Below, piece by piece: positions 11,601 to 23,600 of a stretch of DNA of 64,000 bases. Position numbers and translations under genes: made by a program. Origin of the DNA: Antedon mediterranea (lineage: Eukaryota > Animalia > Echinodermata); the NCBI RefSeq assembly GCF_964355755.1, contig NC_092679.1, forward strand, positions 10,647,432-10,711,431, read 5' to 3'. The stretch's first letter is position 1. Every line of letters starts with the position of its first letter. The notes under the pieces were generated by a model. That model did no database searches. It was given only the letters and a program-made list of their open reading frames with translations, and was not told where the DNA came from.

Positions 11601-14600
11601 AAATAAAATATTTATTGTAACAAGTACTTTCGACCATAGGTCATTATCAGGTACTGAGATACCACCTAATTTCACCACCATGAGATTCCCATTGACATCC
11701 TCATACCAAATTCACAAACGACAGACATTTTATCCACTGCCCGCCAGACCCCCTTAGGTTATAGGTTATTAATAGATACAGTATTGCATATACCACTAAC
11801 TACCAATGATCTAGCGTATAGGAATACATAATGTATATACACTACATTTACTATAATGCAGTACGGTGTGTTTCTACTATATCTAATTGTTTTTTACTTG
11901 TATATAGTTTGCTATTTAAAAATAAAAAAGTAATATAAAAATAAAGTTTTTCCGATACTGCAAAATGCAGCTTTCTAATTCGCTGATAGTTTGTTTGTCA
12001 TGTGAGCATCACTTGGGTTAATGCAGACACCATGCAAGATTCGGATCCACTGCACAATACAAATGGAAAAAAGAAAAGGAGTATTAGACCGGGCGCCCGG
12101 AAGATTTATTCATGTGAAAAGATACAAAAGGTCTGATAGGTGCATATTAGGGCGAGATGCAATATTCGACATTGCTGCCGGGTCACAGCATGTACATGGG
12201 GCCTGTGGGGATCATAACATAGGGGGGTAAAAATGCATTTATTCATGTGAAGCGATACAAGGATAAACTTTTTTGGATATCATTCGCAGTGGGTTACTAA
12301 TGATTACATCACCAATGACAGCAACTTTATCCTGTACGGGGCGCCAAATAGCAACATTTTAGGGCCACGCCCAAATAGGTTTATTCATGTGAAACGATAC
12401 AAGGTTTAATCTTTTTTTAATAGCAGCAGTACATATTGGGGAGGAAAAAACACCAATGACAGCAACTTTATCCTGTACATAAGCTCAGACAGCAGCCCTA
12501 AAGCTCCGCAGTTTCCCCCTATTCGGCTATATACTCGGCGTGTATGTCGTCTTATGGCGTTCAGCTGAGTTAGAAATACGTGATACGGACTCGGACTGAC
12601 AATAAATACACAGTAGAATGCTAAAACAATAAAGAGAACAGTTGTTTCCTGTACCAAATCATCAAACATCAAACTCTTAGGAACTCGCCCAAAATGGGTT
12701 TATCCATGAAGTATGAATCATTTTTGAACAAATGTTTTTTTTTCACTTTATCCGGTACACAGCAGCTCAAATGCTTGAGGCTCCATTCGTGATCAACAAT
12801 GTTGATACTACAAACACATTCACGATAACGAGTGACTTTTATTTTATAATTGAAATATATCTTTATTTTGGAATAATAAATGACACCAACAAAAACACTT
12901 AAAATAACCAACAGCAGATTTGTATTTTAGGGTAACATTTTGAACAATCAATATTATATCAAAATCATTATTTCGATCAAAATAATATAATTTTAAAAAT
13001 ATTTTTCAGATAAACTAAATAATTACACTCATAATGATCAACACCGGTACCGATTATTGTACATTATTATTATAACTTGATTTAAATATTGTTTTAATTA
13101 CACACTAGACACTAGTGATATGTCTATATGAAAAAAGGCAACGAAATCTAAATTTGCAACATTTTTTAACATAACATAACAGTAAAGTAAATAATAGTTC
13201 GAATTCAACAAAATCACTTAGAGAATTGGTAAGGTATAGATTAGACTATCGATTGCACACAATTACTGTATTTTTAACTCAATTTAAATTTAAGAAAGTA
13301 ACCGTTTCATGTAAATTAGACTGATAAAAACCAACAAAAAACTTAATTTGCCAACATTTTAAACATCGTTACTAATTGTCCATAATGGATCGACTACTGT
13401 ATCGATTACTGCACATTGTTTTACTTTAATTGAACTAAAATCAAATTTTTAATTGTTACTGTACTAACATTAGACAGTGATATCTGATAAAAAGCAACAT
13501 TAATAATACTGGACCAAATTAAATATCGTTACTTATCAACAATGGATCGACTACTGTATCGATTATTGCACATTATTTTACTAACTAACCTAAGAAAGTG
13601 ATATCTGATCAAACGCAACAAACTGAATCGAATTAAATATCGTTACTTATCCATAATGGATCGACTACTGTATTGATTACTGCACATTATTTTACTATAA
13701 CTGCCCAAGTCAAATTTAAGATTGTCACTGTACTAACATTAGACAGTGATATCTGATAAAATGCAACATACTCAGGAACAAATTAAATATCGTTACTTAT
13801 CCATAATGGATCGACTACTGTATCGATTACTGCACATTATTTTACTATAACTGCCCAAGTCAAATTTAAAATTGTTACTGTACTAACATTAGACAGTGAT
13901 ATCTGACAAAATGCAACATACTCAGGACCAAATTAAATATCGTTACTTATCCATAATGGATCGACTACTGTATCGATTATTGCACATTATTTTACTGTAA
14001 CTGCCGAAGTCAAATTTAAAATTGTTACTGTACCAACATTAGACAGTGATATCTGATAAAAGGCAACATTAATAATACTGGACCAAACTAAATATCGTTA
14101 CTTATCAACAATGAATCGACTACTGTATTGATTATTGCACATTATTTTTCTCTAACTGAACCCAGGTCGAATATTTTACATGCAGTGTAACTACCGACAC
14201 AGTGTAAAAGCACAATTGAGCAAAGACATCAAGGTTACTGGCTGTATGCATTAAATAACTGAATATTGTACATTCATCATATTCCATTACTAGCTGAACA
14301 GAATACACGATATAATAAAACCAGTAGGGGCTATTGGATTTCTTTTTACATGATTTGTGACAGCGTCATTTATAAATTTGATTATATCACACTGTAATGA
14401 TACTGGATTCTTCTTGCCAACTATCTATGCATCAAATATTTCAGTATTTATATTTGATATTATACAATATTTACTTCAAAACTGTCAAATGTTTTATGTA
14501 AACGATTAAAACTATTAAATCAGCCGTAATGCATAATCTTTTGAGTTTCTCTATTCGTCATCATCACAGTCACATTCACTGTCATCACTCCAAGGTTGGT

Positions 14601-17600
14601 CATCATCGATTTCAGCTTCAAAATCTATTATTTCAAGTTATTCATCATCACTTTCTTCCAATATTCCTGCATCAGTATCGTCAAGAACTGTGTTTGATTC
14701 AGCACTTTGTTCCAAGTGTGGATCACTAGTCAACGTATCTGGTAGAGCATTTCCATCAAACCATTTAGGTACATACCTTCCATCACCATTATCAACCCAT
14801 CCATAGTTTAGTGGGTGTAGGTTTTGTGTTGGCTGAGGGTATGAGCGTGTCTCCACATAATAGATACATAATTTGCCCTCAACAGATGCTGGGTGAGTGT
14901 GATTTCACATGGTGGCAATGACGAACAGTTGATCTTCTTGACTTTCTTCTTTCCAGTTGTCATTTTGCGAAACGATTGGTACCTGGCCTCATTAATGCTG
15001 TTCATGCTTTTAAACCTATATATATCTTGCATACATAGGCAGTGACTGCGGGTTTGTCCATCCTGTCACCACAAAGCGATCGCAATGCAGCAACATGTTT
15101 CTTGTCCTTCACTAAATATGTAAATGGGATTGACTTGCCTTTGCGGTAAAATGCCGAAGTGAAATCACACCCAGTGAGTGTGTGAAATGCAATGAGCGCC
15201 TCACTTAATCCCTCCTGCTTCTCTTCGAGATCTCTAGACACTGCTGACACATTAATCATACGTCGGTTGTTTGCCGACCCATAGTCCATTAGGATAGTAC
15301 CTTGTCTTTTTACTGCAAGACCTATTAGAACGACGAGGACATCTGTATCCGATGATCGGATCTTTAAGTTCCCGTCAGTTAGATAAGCGTGGAATGCTAG
15401 CAGCGTGTCTGCCTCTTCATGGTCCCCTTAGAATGCTGTTGGTTCGTCTACTATTAACTTCCCGACTAAGTTTACCTTGAGTCTGATGCACTTTCCACCA
15501 TACGATACATATAACGTCTTTCTCCCAACAATCTCTGCATAATGCTGGTTTGTTATCTCACGTAGAATGTACTGGGCAAATGCGTCTTTAAATTCCCCAT
15601 TTTTTAGCAGCTCCGTACCTTTCTTGTGTTGTTGTTGCACCGCCCCGGTTATTGTGAACGTGGACCGGTATCTTCCGCTCCTCTATTATGCCTTTCAACA
15701 TCTATTATAGATGGAGTAACATACTTGTCTAGATGTAGATAGACAGAATTTCCAGCAGCTGAGCATACCTTGATCATGATATCTGTAATTATTTTGCCAT
15801 ATGTGGATGAATTGTGTGGCGCCAAAATTTCATGAAGTACAAGTCCACCATCGAAAAGTGTTGCGTCGATCACCGGATCTGGGATGTCATTCTGATTTGA
15901 TATTTGCGACTCTAAAATCTTGGTAAGCGTTGCCTTCTCTGTTTTTGTCGGAGTACCATCAGTATGTGCGATTGAAAGCGGTATATCAGTGATAGGGAAG
16001 CACAGGACCTGGTGTAAATCAATGGTAGTCATTGAAAGTAAATATCCAAATGCGTCACGAACACCCTCAGCAGCTCCAAGATCCTTTTTGTCTTTAGATG
16101 GTTTGCTCTTCATGTTTGCAGCAGCAAAATTTTGAACCTTTACACGCTTGACCGTCTTCAATAATCTTGTGTCGTCTGCCACACACTCCTTGTGAAATAC
16201 ATGCCTCAGCTTTGCTCCTTGCTGCAGTGTATCGAGTAGATACGAACGGGTATCCGGATGAACAGACTTCCCTGTGGCAATGTTGACTAATTTGCTTGGT
16301 GCTTCAATGGCAAACGGATTACATGTGTTGTGTAGTACGCCTAGTAGATTATTTACATCGCGGTTATCCCGTTCAATCCTCCGCTTACGTAACTGGTTAG
16401 CTGGGATTTCACCAGGCTGGATGCCACACATATCCTTCATCTCAGATACGGCCATACTACGTTGAGTAAGACAAACACACCAATGGCGAAATGCGCTAGC
16501 CGAATTAGCAAAAGAGGTTATTCCACTTGCCGAAGATGCGGCATCCCTGTTAACCGTTTGCTCTAGGGATATATCGATTGCACTTCTGGAGTATGTCTTT
16601 GTGGTTCTTCTGGTCGAGAAAGCACCAGCCTTTAGGATATCCAATGACTCCGGTTTGATGTGCTTTAGCTTTTCTACATACAGTGTCCCCCATCTTGCGT
16701 AATTCGGCCTGTTTAAAGCAAAAAACACTTCACCGAAGTATTTCCATGTATAGGTCCACATTATTTGTCTTCACACATCCTGAGTATGTAAAAGTTCATT
16801 CATTCAAGTTTTTGTCATAACAATAACATAAATAAATATAACTTTTTAAAAAGTCGTTGTTGTTGTAGTAGCATTTTACTATTATCAGTTCGAGTCCGAC
16901 AGTTGAACCTACGACGTACGCGCCGAGTGTATAGCCGAATAGGGGGAAACTGCGAACCTTTAGGGCTGCTGTTTGAGCTTATGTACAGGATAAAGTTGCT
17001 GTCATTGGTGATGTAATCATTAGTAGCCCACTGCGAATGATATCCAAAAAAGTTTACCCTTTTATCGCTTCACATGAATAAATGCATTCTTACCCCCCTA
17101 TGTTATGATCCCCACAGGCCCCATGTACAGCCTGTGACCCGGCAGCAATGTCGAATATTGCATCTCGCCCTAATACACACCTAACTACATCATCAAACCT
17201 TTTGTATCTTTTCACATAAATAAATCTTCCGGGCGCCCGGTCTATATTTATATGTGTGACTGGTTTCTTGAATAGAATCCATATTTCTCTCATTTTTTGC
17301 TTGCCATCATTTTAATATAAATATATATACTGTGCAAAACTATTATGTATAAGTTATTTCTATAAAATGTACAGAGTTTAGTCAGTAAATATGTTTAAAT
17401 ACATTTTTGTTTAAACTTCTCTGAGTAAAGTGTTTTACTTTTCTGCTTGTTTTTGTATTTTTATGAATGTTTTTTTTTATATTTCTTGTGTGGATATTTT
17501 CTGATATTTTTGTTGAAATGCTATATTTTATCTTTATGTGCTACTTGGTATAAGAGGATTTACAGGCTCTTGTCATATGAATTTAGTTTCGTTTTGTGTT

Positions 17601-20600
17601 TCCTGCCACTTCATTGTAGTTGTTGTTGATTGGCAATAAAGAATAACTGTTATATAGTATAGTAAGAGGCTGTCATGATTAAAGCAGTGTAGTAGAGGTG
17701 GACTGTCTACAGTTTTTTGGTATTCCTTACAATGTGATAGGTCATATAACATTGGTTGCTGGTGGTATCTACAATATCTAATGTAGGCTACTTGAGGCAA
17801 GGGGATCACTAGTCGACCTTAAGGGGGTCTCTACTTTATCTTTAGCAGGATTTGTCAGGACCAAGGGAGTCCATGGGTGGTCTGTATTCTTACAATGTGC
17901 CAGATATTGTTTGCTGGTGGTATATCTATCTATCTAAGATAGCTAGTTAGTTTGGGGAGGGGACTGGATGGGGGAGGAGTGTCTCTAGTCAAACATTAGC
18001 GGGGTCTGTCAGGACCGAATGTATAAGTGGTCTGTAATATCACATTTGGTATTCCTTCCAAACTGTATAAACGTCTGCCAAATGTGAGTCTATAAAAGAA
18101 AATGGAAAATGTGACGCCAAATGTAGGTCTACTTACTTTTGTTTTGGTGATTGATGTGAATGCCATACTAATTGATGATGTATCCTGTAGGCCTCTTTCA
18201 TTATTAGAAGTAATGAAATCCATCTGCATAACAAACCAATTACCATTAAGTTGTGTAATTCACCTGCTGATAGGTTTATAAATCGTGTAAATGAAAAACA
18301 ACCACTTCTGCATGATTCAACAGAACCAGGAAAGAGTGAATGATGAATATAATCCACGGAGAAAATGTACAGCTTCTTCAATAAAGTACTATAAAGAAGT
18401 ATAAAAATATTTAACTGTAAATAGATTATATTACAATATACAAGGTCAGAATTTGATTAATTATTATGGTGTACAGTTCCAATCTTTCATTCTTTTATTT
18501 ATTTATTTGGTATATATAAAACAATACAAAATGCCGCAAAATCTACAAGCATTGTATACAAAAAAAAAAAAAAAATCATTGAACATCAAAACACATTAAT
18601 ACAATGAGCACTATAATAGGTAACAATAAACACAAAATACCAACTTGCGTATAAAAAGTGTCCATTAAAATACTAACAAGAATTATTTCTTACAAAAACG
18701 CTGCTCGAATGTTTGTTAATCATGGTTCTTTCTTCATTAAATGATGTTTATCACATACCAAAAAGTCAGACACTGACAAAATACCAGATTGTAAAGGTCA
18801 TGTCAGAGGCTCTTACAATTCCACTCCTTTCTACCCAGACACACCTTCCTCACCACCACATGGTGTAAACTCGCCCACCCATAAATAAGTTGTATTCTGT
18901 ATTATAATTAGGTTCGAAGCATTTTTTCTCTGGTTTCATGATCCAAAGTTAAAATATGACTGGTTACTGCCCATGTGCTGGTTCTGGATCTCAGTTTACA
19001 CCTCACTCACCATATTCATAAAATAGTGATCAAATTCAACTTACAGGTAGGTCTTTGTTTAATCTTTCTATTAATCATGGTCTTTTTTGATAGTGATGAT
19101 ACCCTGGCCACTAGCCTGGTCAACAAATTATGTTGTGTGTTTTAACTGGTTGATGACATCATTGTTCAAATGCCGTTAAATGAGAAGGTCAACTGTACTA
19201 CATATTATGATGTATTATATAACACCCAAATAGATTCCTGTCATTTGATTAGACGAATGTCTGGTCAAATGCCCTATCAATCGCTCCACAAAGTGCAGTG
19301 AATTCCAATTTTTACCGGATGAAGCTCGGACATATAGTAGATCTATGAGTAGATTTAGTTTTATGAATATCAAGCATTTCAATAATGGTAAACCAACCGA
19401 AAACAAGCCAGAATGTCCTTCTAAAACCTTTTTACTCGAATCATTATCATTCCAAGAACCATTGTCTACACTTTCTAGAGGGGGAGCGAGCAAAGCGAGC
19501 TCACCCTCTAGTATAAAACAAATAATCAATCTTTATATATTTGTGCTATGGTACAAATAATGAAAGGTCATATTTTCACCTCTTGAAATTATTTATAACA
19601 CACTCATAAACATTAATTATTTGTATATTATATATAGAATTTGACATTGCCGTAAAACAGACTTGCTGACCCCAGGGTCATAAAAAGCTGGAAAAAGATT
19701 CCAACTAATTTGATGTACTGTCCTCTGATCTGGCAAAGTTGGCCATTGTTGGTCACACATTCCATTTAAAAATGCCCCTTTTTTGTTTATTTCTTTTTTT
19801 AGTGAACAAAATATGAATTGCAAAATAACATTGATCCATTTTATCATACAAAATTGTAATTGTAAAATCAGTAAAGGTGAAAATGATGATAAAATAAGTA
19901 AAATCAGGTTAAAATTACATTAGATTGGGAGAAATGAAGAATCGTTATAAAAAAAACCATTAGTCTCTTGACAGGGTACATATTTGTATAGTGAGAACAA
20001 TAGAAAGCATATGCTAATCACTTGTACAGTAGATCATGTCTAGCAAAAAGTTTGTTACCTTGAAACTGACCTTTTTTTGTCTGAGTTTATCTGATGTGCA
20101 TCCCGGTAAATCAGCTTAGGAATACAATATGCTTGTAGATGCATGTACAATGGTGATCTTGTTTCTCTTCTTTCAAATAGTTCTGGGTGATTGCAAACCT
20201 TACAATATAAAATGTTTCATAAAATGTTACATAGAAAAATGGAAAGCTAGAATCAATTCAAAATACATTTGAACCAATTGTGGCTGTTTAAATTAATATT
20301 TTTAGCATTATAACCTAAATTTCATACATTTTGAAATGATACGATACCTTTCTAAATTGCATAACAAGATTCATGAGGCTGTTAGTAGTTGTCTGAATAC
20401 TTGAAGAGGATGTCGAACTACTGGTAGACTGTAAGAGGTCTTCAATGGATATCTTTTGTTTCACAGCTTGATAAAGCAGCTTCTGTCTTCGAGACATGTT
20501 ACAATAAACCAAAATCTCAATCTATTCAATAAAAGTAGTAATTAAAAATACAATTAAATTTCAGTATATCACCGAGCGGTTTAGAATTAATGTTCTTTGC

Positions 20601-23600
20601 CTGTTGTGTTTATATATAAAAGAGCAAACTCAACAAGTTTGTCCTCTATGCATGCCGCGGGACAACATCCTATCAGTGTGAATTTTGAACTCAACATCAA
20701 TCTTGCAACGGAGATGGTCATGGTGATATAAAAAGTTCTTCTAATCCGCCAAATAATTACCAGTTTATTTATGGTACAGAATCTTAATTACAATTACGGC
20801 TACCTTTTGACGCCTATCATGATTTTGTTTACTCTGGATTTCCTAATTTGTAATCAAAAAGTATGTAATGCATTTTCATTTTACTTTGCAGTGCTTACAT
20901 CAGTGTGCATGAGGGATAATGTACCTAAAAGTCCAATTGTATTCGGGATTGTCAGGACCAAATGAGTATTTCCAGTTTATCTATCAGTATAGTAACGTAA
21001 TTGTTATAAAAGGTACATGCCTTAACATTTTGTCCCTATATACTGTAGCTTATGTTAGTTTTCAATTTTTGTCTATCCAATCCAAGTAAACTTTTGTAAT
21101 GAAAGTCCTACATTTAAATAAGTGTTAATGTATATAAGCCTATAGAGTAATTTTTATAGTTCTTACATAAGCTTCCTAATTACATGTACATGAATACAGT
21201 ATTAAGATAAAAGCGTCAAATTTAATATCTTATTTGTTTTGTGTATTTGCATTGTATTTCAGTAATAAATGGCTATTACCTGTATGTAAGGAAACATGTT
21301 TTTGTACTGTATGACATTAATTTAAATAATATTTAATTAATTATTTATGTAGTTTACTAATACTAATACTAATCAGCACAGAAACTCCTTCCTAGTAAAT
21401 GCAATCCATGAGTTCAACTGTAGATTTTTAAGATAATGTTTCAGTTTAGTATTTATTTATGTTTGGCCTTTGACAATAAATTTTCTTGTATCTTGTTTAA
21501 ACATTAGTTTAAACTTTCTTTCAATCATTTGTGTACAAATGAATTTAAAACAAAGAATGAGACTTCAATTATAATTCTTGCATATTATTTTATACATTTG
21601 ACGTTTTCTCGGCGTGGTTGACATCAGCGGGGCTCACACCCGTTGAAGACGGGTACTAATGCTAGTGTACTATATATTTAAGTCACACCTGAGAGTAGAA
21701 TATTCTTCTAAAGGACCACCACCTCTCTACTACTGTTAAGCCCAACATTTTTGCACACACACACAAGGGGGCGCGAAAATCGCAAAATTCCCTGCAATGT
21801 TGTTTACAGTCGATCAGGCCTGGCCTAGGCTTAGTTAGCCAGCCCTAAATATGGAAAAAATGTAAAATAAAATAGTTACAATAAACTTCTAATATTGTAT
21901 TCTTTGAAACATTTACGAACCCCGACTATTATTTATATTGTTTGTTTAGGTATAATTAAAACATTAAAATAAATTGCAAACGATCGAAAATGCTAGCTAG
22001 GCCCTACTCAGCCTCGCTCAAAACATTGATGAAATTCCTCCTCACAGTGATCGACACACATGGCGCCATGGAAGGATTGGTCGCTAAAATAATGTTCGAA
22101 TTGGAAATAAAAAGCTTACAAGATTTAATTTTTTATGAAATGTATAGTGTACTTGCTTAACGAATCCTTTGTCCATTAAATCAAACAAATTTTGTGCTTT
22201 ACAGTATAACATTTTCAGAAAACATATTTTTACACCTCTTGTATTACTGTACATGATGGTGTTCATCGTAGGAGGTATAACTGTCGGACAATTTAATTTG
22301 TTGTTGGTTTTAATTTAGGTTTCAAAGTAAATTTAACAACTTTGAAGGTGATTTAAATTTGTGTTAGATAGAAATGTACCGAAGAAATTTAATAAGCTTA
22401 GTTTACCAACATAGCTGTACAGTGGTCGAAACATCCTTCATGCTGTCATTCATTGATTCTTCTTACCTCTTTTATTCACTTTGCTGCCTGCCAACACCTA
22501 TTACAACCTGTTTGAACATTTATATCGTCAACTACAATTCACCCCGAATAAGATAATGACCGACTTTGAATCTGGCATGATATCAACAATTGCGCTAATG
22601 ATTCCCCGGACGACTATGAAAGGCTGCAACTTTCACTTCACTCAGGCTATTTATTGAATGGTACAGAACTTAGGTTTATCAGTACAGTAGCATACCATCA
22701 ACAACCTAGAAGTTAAGTGAATATTCCGGTCTCTGATGGCCTTGTCTCTCGTTTCACTTTGTTTGCAACCCCTTTTCGTACACAGTCAACCAAATGCCCA
22801 CTGCAAATTATCCCGGTGTTCCTGATCTTTTACAGTATTTTAGACGTGATACCTGGTTCAATGGTTTTTTTCCCATCGCTATGTGGAATGTCACGGAGAA
22901 GACAGCCGAACAAACAACATTCTGGAAGGTTGGCATAACGCTATAGGAAAATGTCACCCAAATGTCTACAAGTTCATCATGGAAATGAAGGAAGAACAAG
23001 CTTCGTATTTAAGATGTTCAATTTATGATTTAATTGTTTTAAATATTTTCCTAATGTAGTATAGTATTTAAGATACTTAATTTAGTATTTTGTTTAGATA
23101 TTTTTCTTACAAAATTTGTACAAAACAGGAGAGTTAGATGAAACAACCTATAAAGATATCTAAACAAAGGATGGCATTCCGCAAGATTATATGGTTTACC
23201 AAAACTAAAACACCAAAAACAAGACCAATCATCTCTTCAATAGGAACATATAACTATAACTTAACAAAGCATTTTAAGCAAATTACCAACCATATATTGT
23301 GCCACAGACTCATTTACATTTGTCAAAAAATAAAACATCTGAAATAACAAAACAAGTTTATGGTCTCGATTGACGTACAAAATCTATATACCATTAGACG
23401 AGTCGATTAATCTGGCGGTTAACTACATGTCAAGAAATGAGGAATGTAAAAAAACAAATACAATCTTAAGAAATTATTGATGCTTGCAACTTCTGGAACT
23501 CATTTCATTTACAATAATGCATATTATCAATAGATCCATGAAGTAAGTATGGGTTCGACACGAGCACCCATATTAGCTGATGGGTCACAATGAGGGAAAA

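Larger units (their letters stand above)
12085..17244 (-). mobile_element. AcademX-type DNA transposon (internally deleted, decayed)
   Basis: Termini TAGACCGGGCGCCCGGAAGATTTATT ... AATAAATCTTCCGGGCGCCCGGTCTA, long TIRs (~12085-12630 vs ~16860-17244), 3-bp TSD TAT (12082-12084, 17245-17247), and an XPG/FEN1-like coding remnant inside. Confidence 0.88.

Noticed and set aside
12021-12230. Paired similar ORFs 12021-12230 (+) and 17090-17293 (-)
   Set aside because: They are translations of the Academ TIRs.
13010-14160. CRISPR-like array next to a nuclease gene
   Set aside because: Units are homologous along their whole 150 bp with no unique spacers, there are no cas motifs, and the context is a eukaryotic transposon.
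15920-16465. Short plus-strand ORFs here and opposite INO80 exons, LINE and DIRS
   Set aside because: Antisense shadows of real coding sequence or random AT-rich ORFs with no recognisable motifs.
21598-21630. Additional hammerhead-like motifs here and near 46562-46600
   Set aside because: Core boxes and stems are too degenerate to support.
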